Origin: Hydrolagus affinis
Taxonomy: Eukaryota
NCBI GenBank assembly: GCA_012026655.1
Contig: JAAILG010001214.1
Span: 1 to 64,000, forward strand
Length of the DNA stretch: 64,000 bases
Direction: 5' to 3'
Shown: one piece after another, positions 10,839 to 24,770 of the stretch
Position numbering within the stretch: position 1 is the stretch's first letter
Layout of the letters: every line of letters begins with the position of its first letter
Notes under the pieces: model-generated
What the model was told of the DNA's origin: nothing
Database searches by the model: none
What the model saw: the letters and a program-made list of their open reading frames with translations, nothing else
Program-made: the position numbers and the translations under genes

Positions 10839-13800
10839 CTCTGTATTTTTCATTGAGAAAGAAAAAGTGAGCTGCATCAATCTATCCTGTTGTTGTGCAT
10901 CTTCTGATAATTACAATGGTAATAAACCTCGCAATTGACAGGACACCTTATCTATTGAGAAGATGCTTCAAACTGCTTCACAGGAATATACTGTATGTTG
11001 TAAAGTGTGATTTTTGGGGTGTATCTGGTAACCAAATCGCACACAGCAAGGTCCCACAGTGGCCATAATGTGAATGACCAATTCTTTTCTCACTGAAGAA
11101 TCATTTCAGTGGTAGCATCTGAGAATCTGCACCATTCACCATTTCAGATCTTCCTCCTTAAATTCTCAAGAGAACCATCTAAACGTGACAGAAATATTTT
11201 AGTGTTCACTTAGAATGTATCATGGAACAAGCACTACTACAGTAATGGCTAATTGATCATTTGTCAGGAGCCTGGAGTCATAGCTATAGCAGTCAAAATA
11301 AAACATTTCAATTATTTATGCTAAAGATAAAAAACTCATTTGAAATTTATATGATAAGTATTGCAGCAATTAAATCTCCCAGTTGCATTATTCAGCTATC
11401 AGGATGTAAAAACTCTGTATTATTGTCATCAATTAACTGACAAGCATGTGACATTTAATCAATTAATCCATGTAATATTTATATTAGGGACACCATTATG
11501 ACAAATTTTCATAACCGATTAATCTTGAATCAGAATTGATCACAGGGTCGACACGTAGATTTTTCTTCATAATGATTGTGACTTTTAAAGCTTGTGTTCA
11601 CTCCTCCCTCATCTATATGTTGGAAGAAGATCTTTATTTTATTATTATTTAAGAAGATCCATATTTTTATCATTAAAGCTTCTCAAATGTTTGCAACAGA
11701 TATAGAGGCTCTGTAACATGGAAAGTTGAATATTTATCTACAAGAGAAGCAAAAAGACAGCATTACATCTGAGAGACACAAAGACAGAGGTTACAATATG
11801 AAACATTGACTGAAACATTACAATATGAAACGACTTGGGACTTACTCCCGGCTTGAAAGTTGCTATAGAAATATAATTTTGTGTTATGTGTTGCGTGTAA
11901 AAATGTAATATTTCTTAACAGATTGGGTAGTATGTTTGATGTGTTATGCGAAGTCATATTTTACATCCCCTGCGTGTTTGTGACCCAGTGCAGTATTTCC
12001 TGTGTATTCTGTATTTGTAGCATAGCTAAATAAGTGTATGGAGCATTAAATAATAACAGGGTGGTATTTCTACCCAAATTTCTTAATAAGAAATGCTTAG
12101 TTATCAAAAATCTAAAACAACAACTGTGCTGAAGAATGCCATCTCAAACGGATTTGATGTTTGAGAAATTTGCTGATTCCACATTTTTATTAAGAAATGT
12201 TCTCATCTTTAGTTAGATTCACATTTCAAAAGTTCTGCAAGTTTACAAACAGGTGATAACAACAACAACAACAATACAGTTACATTTGTATAGCGCCTTT
12301 CACATCGGGAGGCAATAAAGGTGTAATGAAGAAACAATACAAAAGTCAATGACCTTAGGTAGCACTTACTTAGACTTGTTTAATCACTATGAGTGGAACT
12401 GTAGACAGCCTTTGATTAAGATCAGCTCACTGATCAATAAAGTCCTTGAACTTGCGTGAGTCACTGTTTGCTACTTTCTATATTACTAAGCTTCAATGTT
12501 TTATTCATTGAAGTCTTCAGACAGAAACACTGCTACCACCACACAGGTAGACAGGCATTACTGTATGATGGATCTTGCCTGAATTCAGCCAGAGAGTCTT
12601 TATATCTGACCAAAATGCTCTCAAGTCTTGACTTTGCTAAGTCTAAATGAAAAACTTTTGGTTTCTCTTCTTAACTGTTAGCTGTACAGAAAAAAAAACA
12701 TATTTGTTGGTATGTCAGTCTGAAGGTGGAAAGCAGGGTCTCATCAGATCTTGTGAGATGCTTGACAGTTCAGTAATGTACATTTGCTTCCTTCTTAGCC
12801 TTGATGAATGAATCCAAGTTCACTGAGATGTAAGGTCAGGGCAGTGGCACAGTGCTTCAAAAACCTCAAGATTTCATTGATATGAGACTTAAACAAACAA
12901 GAAATTACTTTCATTGATTAAATGTAGATTGAATTAGCTGAAAAAATGATGAGTCCTGGTAGGGTTATGTCCTTCAGTCATTGTTTAACTCGGCTTGACA
13001 GATTCAATCTGCTGAACCCAAAGGAAGGCCAAAGATGTCATTCATGGGTTTTGTACAATATAAGATTCTTTGAGAAACAAAATCGAAAAGTTGCACTTTA
13101 TCAACTCGCAGCCTGAAGCTACTGCTCTCATTTGGTCTTGTGTTACCGGAACAATACTATTACAGCAGGCATAAGGCTGCTCCGAATAATTATTATAGGT
13201 ATCCCACAGGCACAGCTATTGTTGCTTTTAAGACTTGACAGAATGCATCTTGTCTGCATGACCTAGCAGATGGGTGATTTGTCTTTCATCTTTCTGAAGA
13301 ATCATAGAGGGAAACGAATGAAGCGCTTCTTGATGAAGAATATTTTCTTCCATAGGATTTGCTTGATTACTGCAGGTTGTTCTTTTTGTTCTTCTCAACA
13401 ATACTCAGCACCTTAAGAAGGCATGAAAGTCAAAGGCACTGGGGAAGCGCTGTGACTAGAGTCAGCAAATGATAGAGGACAGACTCTGCTCCACATGCTG
13501 CTAATTTGTGTCACACAGTGCACAGTGTTACGTATTGACGGTGGGAAAAAATGAAGCAGAAAATTTAGTTTGAAAGGGATTTTGTCCTGCTGTCAGTCTG
13601 CTGAACATTTAGCTAAGCTTTCTAGATGTAAAGTGGCATTGGTCCTTTTGTTGTATAAAGTCTTTTATATTATCCATATTGTCCATGTCTTATCAAATAC
13701 TGTTCAGTCAAATCAATACGGTTTGCGAGGCTATCATATCACAATCATTGACTGATAGCTTTATTTCCTGGTATTCCCTGACTTAATTCACCTGTTTTTT

Positions 13801-14724
13801 TTGCTGAGAGTAACCTCTAATTACATCTGAAAAATATTTTTTAGGTGAAAGTAACCTGGTTAAATTGTGTAAGATCCAGATTTAAGAAAGGGAAAAGGGT
13901 ATCCAAATATATTTTACAGTATATTCTGCGAAGCACTTTGAAATGTCTAAACAATGCGATAAGGTGCTATATCAAATGAAGGATTATTATTATATTTTTC
14001 TAACCAGTGTCACTGATGCATTCTTGATAACCCTATGTAATATATATAAGGGGTAGGAGTTAAGAGTGAACCAAGAGAGTTTCCATCAATGTGCTTAAAC
14101 GGTTGAAAAAAGCAAGCAAAAAGCACGCCACTAGAGAGCAACATCTCAAAATGTTCACATAATAATCCAGCAAATTCATAATTCCATTCAAGCTCTATTA
14201 CGCATGTGGCTATCTCTATAGAGTCATGTGAATTTCAATACAAATCTGGGTTCTAGTTACATTGTGCAACACAATTCATTTTGCAGGAGAAAATGGTTTT
14301 AATATTTATTGTATCATTATACATTATTTTCATTAAGTTACACTGAATATCTTGGCAATTAGTATGATAATAATCATTCTCGCATTTCTGCCTTTATGTT
14401 GGGTCAACATTTCAAAGTGGTTCCATAGATGTACTGAAAAGGAGTAGTTAGTGACTGTGTAGTTTACAGGTGTACCTGGCTGTGCTGCCAATTTGTGCAT
14501 ACAAATGTCCCACATTATACTTTTCACCCATGTTTCGTTGAACATTTTTTCCCTGAAGAAAACAGCTTTAAATTAGATACAATTCCACAGGTGCTTTGCT
14601 TCCATTAAATTATCAATTCTTCATGCAGTATCGCAGTGTTGGAAGGCTATTCATCCTCTTGAACATTGAAGCCAAGTTCTATCCTATTTTAATCTGACAT
14701 TGAGATAAAGCTATTTTCGAGCTT

Positions 14725-14935
14725 CAATCCAGGGTTAGTGATCAGGAGTAGAAATTACAATTGATTGTTACTCTTCCTTAGCCCAAGGGTTTGGAAACCA
14801 TCCTTGGCCCTGACAGCTGCCCTAGTGGAGATCAGTCAGCTCAGTACAGACCAGGAATTGAACCTGCGACCTTCTGCCCTGTATCACTTAGCACTGCATT
14901 GAGCAATGCTTTTATCAACAGAGGCATTGGGGAGC
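14725..14935 (-). mobile_element. Ancient tRNA-headed SINE, AmnSINE2-like
   Basis: Minus strand has a B-box GGTTCAATTCC followed by TGGTCTGTACTGAGCTGACTGATCTC; family assigned from a recalled consensus only. Confidence 0.4.
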
Positions 14936-15331
14936 TTCTGTATCATTCAATTAAAAAAAACTTGAAAGAAAGGGCTTAAATAATAATATTCCTTACGTTT
15001 AATTTAGTGCCTTTCGTATCAGGAGGACATCTCACAGGATATTCTGTGCAAAAATATAGAGACTACATAGATCTATAATCTATACAAGCAAGCTGTATTT
15101 TTATTGTGGGGTAGCATATTGAAACCCACTCAAAATTTCCAGTCGATTCACTTTACAGTTTATTCTGTAAGCGCTTTAAGATGTCTCGAAGACGTGATAA
15201 GGCACAATATAAAATGCCTCAAAATGTTTCACAGCAATTATTGTCCAGTGTATTGATCCTTTTGTAGTCAAGAAAAGTTTGTTAAACATCTTTAAATTAG
15301 AGGGGTTCTTAACTGTTAAAAATGTATCTAA

Positions 15332-15772
15332 TAATAACAATAATAATCCTTGCATTTGTTACAGCACCTTATCACATTGTCGGGACATCTCAAAACTCTT
15401 CACAAAATATACTGTAAAGTGTTTTGAGTTTATGTTTTGTGGGCGAAATGTGAAGGCCAGGGTGTGCACAGCATGTCCCAGAAACATCCACCTAATGATT
15501 GACCAATTTTATTGGGGGGATTTGTTGGCCAAGTCATCGGGAGAAACTCCCTACTCTTTGGGAATAGTACCATGGGAACTTTGAAACCACCTGAATACGA
15601 AGACGGGACCTCAGATTATCCTTATCTCATCTATCCTCCAACAATGCAGCACACTCTCGAACTGCATTGGAGAGATATCTTAAACTATGTGATTTAAAAT
15701 CCCAACATGGGATATAAACTCACAACCTTATGACTCGGAAGTGAGAGTGCGACCATTGTGCCAGGCTGACAC
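15332..15772 (-). mobile_element. Deu-domain SINE (SacSINE1/AmnSINE1-like), near full length
   Basis: Head GTGTCAGCCTGG...GAGTCATAAGGTTGTGAG, central GAGGTCCCGTC...CAGGTGG...CCCATGG, L2-like tail. Confidence 0.8.
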
Positions 15773-16050
15773 AACTTTCACTTTTTATTTATTTTTACAC
15801 ATACATTTGCACACATTTTATTAGTATAAAAGTTGAAAATGTTCCAAATGAATGTAGGTCATTTGGCATCTGAAAGAGAAGCAGTATTCGAGTTATTGGA
15901 TTTCTGGTGTAACACACAAGTACTGAACAACAACAACAACAAAATTACACTTATAGAGTGCTTTCATGTCGGGAGCACGTCCCAAGGCGCTGAAGTAAGT
16001 ATTAAAGGAAATGTTCTGGTATCATTAGCAGGTTTATTATAAAAACCTAT

Positions 16051-16230
16051 AATAAATTGGTCATTTCAAATCACGACTGTTTGTGGGACACTGCTGTGCT
16101 CAATTGGCTGCCGCGTTTCGCCCACAAATATACAGTCAATTCACTTTACAGTATATTCTGTGAAGTGCTTTGAGACATCTAGAAGACATGAGAAGTGCTA
16201 TATCAAATGCAAGGATTAATATTAGTATTA
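16051..16230 (+). mobile_element. tRNA-SINE 3' half
   Basis: Near-identical to the 3' half of 27909-28229. Confidence 0.88.
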
Positions 16231-16828
16231 GGGTGAATAGCAAAGTTAATACCTTCATTACAGATTATGGCATGTCTTCAAGTGATTCACTGGAAAATAC
16301 CCGACAGTTGATTCTCAGGCTATGTTATGGATACAAAAGTATTTTTAACTGAAAACAAAATTGTATTGACATCAACTGGTTCATGTTCCCTAAAGAGCCA
16401 TTTAAAGACTTTAAAAGAAAGGGCTTTCTATCATTTGAGTCAGATAAAATTTGAACAGCTGACAAAATTATTTGGGTGTTACACCATGCATTGCCGAAGA
16501 ACTTGTGAGAAGCCATGTATCAGACAAAAAACATACTGGATAATATACAATGTCACAGATTTCATTTGAAAATTCTTTAACCTTTTAGATACTCACATAC
16601 CTGTTATATCGTGTAAAAAAAGCCTAGAATTAATTTGTCATTTTTCTCCCCACAATTGTGGTCACATTGGTCTATTCTTTGCTGAAACAGTATGAGTCTC
16701 CTGACAGTATCATAAAAGAAATAATACTCAGCAGTAATAATCAACATCATCCTTGCATTTCATATAATAATATATTGTACCTTATCACATCATTAAGATG
16801 TATTAAAGCTCTTCACAGAATATAATGT

Positions 16829-17180
16829 TATTAATAATCCTTGCATTTGATAGAGTGCCTTTTCACATCTTCAAAATTTCAAAGCACTTCACAGAATATA
16901 CTGTAAAGTGAATTCTATATACAGTATATTGTGGGTGAAACACAATTGCGCACAGCAGTGTCCCACAAACAGTTGTGGATTGACTGACCAAATTTATTTT
17001 CAGGAATTATTACCACCCAGAAAGCAATCCACCAATTGACTAACAACCGTGATCCTACTTGCTACTGGGTAAACAGGCAGAGTAGGGAAATTTGTCTAAT
17101 GTATCACTGTGCCTGGAAAATGAACCCATGTCCTCTCGTTTGTGAGGCGAGTGCTCTAACCAATATACTACAGGACTCCA
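16829..17180 (-). mobile_element. tRNA-derived SINE, long form with extra CORE-like segment
   Basis: Head at the 17180 end; contains CCAATTGACTAACAACC...GGTAAACAG, which the short copies lack. Confidence 0.85.
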
Positions 17181-18567
17181 TTAAAAACAGTTTTAATGGA
17201 TGAAGAAAATGTGTAGAATATGGAACAAAAATAAATGCTGTGTCTACTCTGGGAATACGCTACACAATAGACAGCCATCATAAGGTCTGAGTTCAGATAT
17301 ACAGATAATGTTCTGTATGTACAAGGCTTGTTAAATCAGTTAATTTAAATATGAATTGGTTCAAACTTTTCCCACAAATGCAAAAATGATCAATAAAACC
17401 ACTCTCAAGCCTATTCGGAAGGCAATTATATGCCACTTCAAATTGAACAACTTCTTGTGTTTAGATTCAGGAATTATTATATTTTCCTTCACAATACAGT
17501 GCAATAGCTGCAGGTCAATGTCACTGCATGCAGCATTCATATTTATAAAAACACATTTAACTGATTGCATCACATAGATGACTGTCAATCTGATTAAAAA
17601 TAGATTCCTTTCCACTTTCAGATAACCAGACAAACAAGTGGCAGAATTGAACTGACAGTTAAAAGATTTCACTACAATATGATATTTTCTTCAGTTGAAC
17701 ATTGAAATAATTTCATAACATCAAATGTCAGTCATGTATGTCCTGCAATTTTTTTTGGGTGGAGGGGTCTTTGAATATATTACCTGCTTATCAAGAGAGC
17801 ATTAAATTGACTGGTACAACAAAAAGAAGGTACACTCGATGTATTTACAGTGTATATGTACATGGGATTTACAATAAAAGGGAAATGTCAGCTACGTATT
17901 GATGTACATATTGTCCCACCCTACCTCTGCGACCTGCTGCAATCCTATTGCCAGTGACAATTTCTCTGCTCAGCAAACACTGGTCCACTTCACATCATCC
18001 CCTTGATCCTCCCCACAACATGAGTAGGTGATCTTACATTGTGGCAGTGCTCTCTGGAACTCCATCCTGGAGTGCGTCTGCCATACTGCTTTCTTCCCTG
18101 CCACAAGTGTGGCTTTTTGACTGGCTTTCAAGTCACCAGAGAGAAATGTTCTGTGATATTCTTCTAACAAGAAAGGTGTTGCATAAATGTCATTTTTTGT
18201 TTGTTTTTACTATCCATATTATGGCACCGTGATGACTGATTTTTCTTTGGATAGATTACGACATGTCGCTGAAAGACCCCAAATTTGCTCTTTGTATGGA
18301 AAAAAAACTTGAAAGGCACTGTACAAATAAGATAATAATAAAAAAACATTGCATTTCATACAGAGCGTTTCACATCGGATTTTACTGCACCTGTGCAGTG
18401 ACTTTACTTTGCAGGCAAAATGTTAATGATGATCCTAGTGTCCCAATCCAACAATTTCCCTGGGTAGACTTTTCATCTCGTTCTTCGCCGTTTTGGGACA
18501 TTATTGTGCAGACATTAGCTGCCGCATTCGTCTGCAAAATACACAATCCTAATGCTTTACAGTAAAT

Positions 18568-18870
18568 CCAGTAAAGTGGGTAGAGCACTTGTCTTACAAG
18601 CGAGACACCTGGGTTCAATTCCAGACAGGTCAGGGCAAAACCTTGGTCAAGTTTCCTTACTTCACACACACGCCTAATAATAATCCCTCAAAAAAATTTT
18701 GGTAATTTCAATCTACGGTTGTTTGTGGGATACTGTTGTGTGCAATTGGTTTCTGGTTTCGCCCACAAATATACAGTCAATTCACTTTATATATTCACAT
18801 ATTCTGTGAAGCGCTTTGAAATGTCTAGAAGATGTGAAAAGTGCTATATCAAATGCAAGTATTATTATTT
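18568..18870 (+). mobile_element. tRNA-derived SINE, short form, apparently inserted in an older SINE tail (18480-18945)
   Basis: GTAGAGCACTTG...GGGTTCAATTCC head and (TTA)n tail; the two flanks join into a second SINE 3' end. Confidence 0.85.
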
Positions 18871-20647
18871 TAAACTGCTTTGAGATGTTTCAATAGTGTG
18901 ATAATATGCTATATCAAATACAAATATGACAGGATTATTATTACATTTACAATAGCAATCCATTTATTACTGTTCCTGAAAGATTCCTATCAATGTGCCT
19001 GTAGTAACTGTATTTATACCATAATTGACTTGCCAAACAATTAATGTGAATAGCAGCTGGCTAATAGCAGCTGAAAGGGAAGTAAATAATAGAGAAAAAT
19101 AATTTTCCACATGCCAACTTTTCTGTACTTCTTTTCTGTACTCTATACATGTTTTATCATAAAATACGTGATGTCTTTGTTGGCAAGTGTCACATTCAAG
19201 CTTATCAAAAAGGCTGAATGAAGGTGCACATCTATTTACAGACAGAACGCCAGCTGGTGGAAGCCTTAATATCAAACCTCCAAAAGTTTATTTGTTCAGA
19301 ACAGGCTGTGCCTAACAACACTTCATTGATTGCTATAATCAGTCTCACATTTTCCAGTGAACGTAGATTCTGTTAAATAATATAAAACACCTTTCTTTAT
19401 ATTCTTTAAATAGCGCCATAATTAGGAGTTTTTTTTATGTGTCCATTCTCGTGTTTAGCTGAGGAGAACAAGCTAGCTAAATTAGCACTTAGATCAGAGC
19501 ACAATGGCCCATAATATGCCCCCCTTCATCCCAAATAAGGCTTTAGTTGTCATTTGTCACAGTTTGACGAACCTAACGTTCCTCTTGAAAGTGACAGGTG
19601 GTTCACTTGTCCAATTGTAGACTAAGAGAAAACAGCTTCCTTGTTATTTGCGGGCTCAGTCAACAGCCCAATGATTTCATATTGAGCTCTATCCCTCGTA
19701 TTTCTTCCAAGGTTTTAGTTTAATTCAGCATCAGGCTGCTCTCATACCGTTTCTTTTCTGAGGACTGCATTACATCAACTGAATTCTATTCAGCCTTTTT
19801 TTTATCATAAGGCAGGTGAAGTTTAGTATGTTTCAATAAATCTCAACATTCCACGTTAAGGATCAATAACCCTTCCTTCTCTTTTGGGTTATTAAATTGC
19901 ATCTGTAACATTAGCCTCCTCTGTCTAATTGATTGCCTTCCACTGAGATAAGAAAATCAATAGCAATCAATAGCGCTGACCTGTTTTTCCCCAATAGATG
20001 TTTTCACTTAATTGGCTGCAGAGATGGTTTCACAAAACGCAGTGTTTTCAGAAGTCAAACAGTATGTTGCAGCCCTTGTAAACTATTTTACCTTGCTGGG
20101 GAAAAAATATTGATCTTATAATGAAATCTCAAAAAGAAAATCAATAGCAATCAGGGATATAGATTATGGTTTTCAGGTATGTCACAGAAGAGAAGAATCT
20201 CACTTTGCTAGCAATCCTAGATGTTATCAAATTGAACATGTGCTAAAGTGTGTCTACTGATGTTGATTTAAGTCAAACTGTCATGGTGTTTCTAAAGGAA
20301 CAAATCCTACTGTGATAATTCTGTGATAACTTCACAGTGAGATTAACATTCAACATATGTATGGAGAGGAACCTCTCCTCATTATTCGGGGTGGGGGTGT
20401 GGGTGGAGCAGCACCCAGGTGCCTAACTCATACTTGAGGATTCAAACCAGACTGAGTCACTTACTTACAGGTGGAAATTTCCTTGTGTCTGGAATGCAGA
20501 CTCTTGGGTTATGGGATTAATAGGATCTGAATGGGAAGAATCCACCTTCTCAGATGAACATAACATTAGATACAGTACAGACATTGGATCTAAATGTTAC
20601 TTGAGTATGACAAGTATTAAGGTTAACAGAATTTTCACATTCTCTGG

Positions 20648-21275
20648 AACAACAACAGAATTACATTTATAGAGCACCTTTCACATTGGGAGGACATCCC
20701 AAGGCACTGAACAGTCAGGTCGGGACCCGAGCAAGTGGGAGGGGCAGGGGAGGAGGGAGAGGAAGGAGACAGTTGGGAGGGCGGCAGAAGGCACAATCAA
20801 AGAAAAGGGCCTTGAAGGAGGCAAGGGAGGAATCGAGGTGAAGGGACTGTGGGATGGAGTTCCAGAGTGTGGGGGCAGAGAGGCTGAAAGCCCATCCACC
20901 GATGATAGGGCGGGAGGGGGACATTGAGCAAACTGGAGCCCGCTGAACGGAGGAGGCAGACAGGTTGATAGGGAGTCAGCAGGTCGGAGAGATCCGAGGG
21001 CGCAAGGCCGTGAATGGCCTTGAAAGTGAGGACGTGGATGTTGAATTGGATCCTCTAGGGGATGGGTAGCCAATGGAGCTGGGCGAGGGTGGGAGTGATG
21101 TGGTCGCCGAGCCTGGTGTGGAAGAGGACACGAGCTGCAGAGTTCTGGATGATCTGCAGCTTGTGAAGGGAAAAGCCAGGAATACTGACGAGGAGGGAGT
21201 TTCCATAGTCGAGCCTTGATGTGACGAATGCATGGACGAGGGTTTAAGTAGCCTGAGGGGTGACGCAGTGGCAGA
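20648..21275 (-). mobile_element. L2 LINE 3' fragment
   Basis: (CAA)n at 20648; ORF track 20715-20924 gives IGGWAFSLSAPTLWNSIPQSL, the L2 C-terminal motif. Confidence 0.93.
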
Positions 21276-22989
21276 AACGTTAAATCCGATGATCTTCGTT
21301 ATTCAAAAGCTTTCTGAAGTTTGCCAGCATGCTTACAAATAAATGTATTTAGTTGTTGCTAACTGTGTCATTTGTTTATTTGCCTAAAACATACAGTCAC
21401 TCCACATGATAGTGAATCCTATCTTCACAGTGAACCCTGACTTTACTGGCTTCACAGTAAAGCATGTGAAGTGCTTTGAGATATCCTCCTGTAGTGAAAT
21501 ACACTACAATAATTATGGAAATTTCATGCCTTTCATAGCAGGAGGACCTCGCAATGTGCTTCACTGGATATACTGTAAAATGGAGTGACTATATTTTGTG
21601 GGTGTAGGGCTATATCAAATGCAATGATTCTTTTTCTTACTATTTTTAGTATTACTCTACTCCGTTCAATGTAATTTAATCTTGTGAAACACAGTTTAAA
21701 TTTAGGTGTGCTTTCTGAACCAATTTAAATGTTCGGTGTAATTACTATTTACAATACCAGTAGTATTTCAAGACTGCTATTAACTATTGTGATATTCCTT
21801 AAATTACAGCATTGATTGTGATTCACAAATGGATTTCTACTAACCTAATTGAAACATCTTTAACACGTTTTTAATATGCCTCCTCAAACCACTTTGCATC
21901 AAATCCAATATTGCTCACTCTATTTAAAGCTTCGAAAATAAGGGATAAAACACAGCTCACTGCTATTCATGTTACTTTGCTTCCAAGAGTAATTATGTGC
22001 TACATTTATGTGTGTATGAAGTTCCTGTGCACCTTCAACTGTGATGCAGGTCTAGTTTCAATGTTCACTGTATCACTTTATGCAGTATATAAATAGCATG
22101 ACCATTTATTTCCACAAGATGGTACAACATAAACAGCTTTCTCAGCAGGAGCAGGTCTCACCCACAGACTGAAGAAACCTGTGGGTAAAAATAACACAGA
22201 ATACTATAATGACTTTCAACATGTTTGGAAGACCTGCCAGTCTCTATAAAAGAATGTGCTCTTGAGTCATGAAGTCTCTGGCAGGCCTCACATCCCACTG
22301 GGCATCACAAGTCCTCCACAAGAAAACCATGGGAACCTTCCACGCCCGATGACAGAAAAGGATCTGGTGATTCTGAAAGGAAATGACCAAGGCTGACTCA
22401 GGGTCTGATATAGCTCAAAATGTTCCTGACCCATCCGAAAATAGCAACCAAAGTCCTGTATCTAATGCCCAGTTGCCTGTGTTGGGGACATGAGCTTCCT
22501 TTATTTGTTTGGATACGCCATAGCGCCTTGCATGGTTTGAATGTATCAAGTGCTTTAAATACCTGATTGTCATGAGCTCTACCCGTTTTGTTTTGTTTTC
22601 TTTGACAGCGAGCGTGGAGCAATGAGGAAAGGGGAAGCCTGGACATCAGGTATAATCGGTATAACAAACTCATAAGAAATCAAACTCAACAGTGGAACAT
22701 TTTGTTTGCTTTTTGTTGTCAAAACAGCAGAGGTTACAGGAATTGTTGGCACAATGGTTGTTTTTTCCTGATTTGCAATGAGTCGCTATCAATTATTTTG
22801 AAGGAACACAGTTCTTTTTTTGGCCTTTCATGTTGGAAGTGATTAAAGCACACAATGCAATGTGACAAAGATAGCGGCATGATCTTACTTGCCAGCCATT
22901 TTGCGGAGTTGTGTATGCCTTTATGCTTTTAATATAATTTGCACGTGGCTTGATATCTTTTGATAATGTGAACTCCTGTTACTTTGCCC

Positions 22990-23385
22990 CAGCTCATTCT
23001 TCCGGCTGGGAGAGAAGGTGTGGTTTCACATCCTGCTTTGAAGACTTTGAGCTCAGGGACTAGGCTGACATTCTAGTGCAGGGGAGGGAGAGTTCTGCAT
23101 TGTCAAAGGTGCTATCCTATAGATGAAATATTATATGAAGTTCTTGCCTAGCTCTTCAGATGGACGTTAAAGAGCCCCATGATAATATTCAAAAAAGAGA
23201 AGGGAAGTTTAAACTGGTGTCATGGCCAACAACCCTCCAGTTAAATTGATCATTCACCTCCTGGCTGTTTCTAGCCCTGTGCAAATTGGCTGTCACATTT
23301 TCCTACAAACATAGTCTCTAAGCAATAATACTGAAATGCTTTGAGATACTTTGAGGTAATAAGGCTTTATATAAAAAGCAACTAT
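22990..23385 (+). mobile_element. Deu-domain SINE, diverged
   Basis: GGCTGACATTCTAGTGCAG...CAGATGGACGTTAAAGAGCCCCATG...GGTGTCATGGCCAAC. Confidence 0.75.
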
Positions 23386-23790
23386 AATAATGCAGCAAAA
23401 CAGCGCTATTCAGTGATTAGAGGTTAGATTGATCTTTTGTTAAAAGAAAATAACGCATTCACCTCTGCAACTTAGTTTTGTGTCTGGCCCAGAGTATTGT
23501 ATAAAGAGTTGTTTCTCTGTTCACTGTAAGAGTTTATTTGAAATAATTAAAATTAATTTGTAACTTACCTATACTTTAAGACAGAATGAGACATTTATAA
23601 AATGGTCAGTCTTGGGGAACATGGTTACATTCTTTTGAAAAATTAGTTGTTTTGCTTTTCAATATTGACTCAAATAGCTTTAAGTCATGTTAAAAAAAAA
23701 TCATTTGCAGTCCAAATGAAAATATGAGTTTTATTGATTTTTTTAAAAAAAAACTAATGCTTTAAAGACCCATGAGGAAACATTGCTGTA

Positions 23791-23982
23791 TCTAGATTTA
23801 CTTTGTTTATGTAGCATTTTAGAGTGTCCAGAATTTGGCAAAATGTTGACCTCAATCATAAGTTTGAAACCGGTTTTCTATTAATACTTAATAACTTAAT
23901 AGAAAATTGGCTTCAGAGTTAAGGCTGTGTTTAAGAATTTGCCAAATTCTGACTCTGAAATACTACATAAATAGAGCAAATG
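23791..23982. mobile_element. Old palindromic MITE-like element, copy 1
   Basis: TTTATGTAG...CAGAATTTGGCAAA pairs with TTTGCCAAATTCTG...CTACATAAA; inner TTTTCTATTAA pairs with TTAATAGAAAA; homologous to 30005-30240. Confidence 0.65.
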
Positions 23983-24770
23983 AAAGGAAAAAGCTGCTCT
24001 TAGACACAACACCACATGAAAGGTGCTATATAAATGCAACGTGTTATAAATCTAGACCAAGATGGAATTTCTTCCCCTGATAACCCTCTAACAATCCCAA
24101 GACCTTTTGGAATCCCCATTCTAAGTAGCTAGGTTGTCTTATCTCACATTTGATCGCAGCAGCTCTTACATTATTTTTGTATATGTATTTTAAGTTCTGA
24201 CATTTAAAATTGTTAATAAAAGATAGCTCTTGCAATACTTTTGCATGAAATAAGTTGAAATCCTAAGGGATGTTGTGTGTCTAAGCTTATTTATTCTGCA
24301 TTGGTTTTCAGTTTCATAAAATCAGCTGAAACACATCTCAGTAAGAATAGAAAGAGGAAATTAACAGAGGCACAAGAGCCATTCGATGAAAAGTTGTGGA
24401 CTTCATTTTATTCATGATAGAAAGAAGTGCCAGAGTGCTAACAAGATCAATTCAATACTTTAATTAAATTAATTTTTGCAGGTCTTCAATTAACTGCAGG
24501 AGAACCACATAGGTTGTTAAGACTTTAGCCAAACATTGATGGTTGGGTCAGAACAACAATTCTGCTGTAACTGCAATGTTCTGCGTTTTCATGGTTTCCA
24601 AATCTACAAGGAGCAATTCTGCAATGCATAGACCTCTCTACAGTTGTCGCTCAGTTAAAGAGATGTCACACAGGTTTACAGTGTTATAGTGCAATTTTAT
24701 TTTTAAGATTAATTAATCAATGTAACATGCTTCTATAGTATTTGAAGATTGTAACCAGTTGTCACATGAT

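Noticed and set aside
22585-22655. Plus-strand 41-nt candidate exon (tttgacag|CGAGCG...ATCAG|gtataa)
   Set aside because: The donor is weak, the peptide is unrecognised and no partner exons were found
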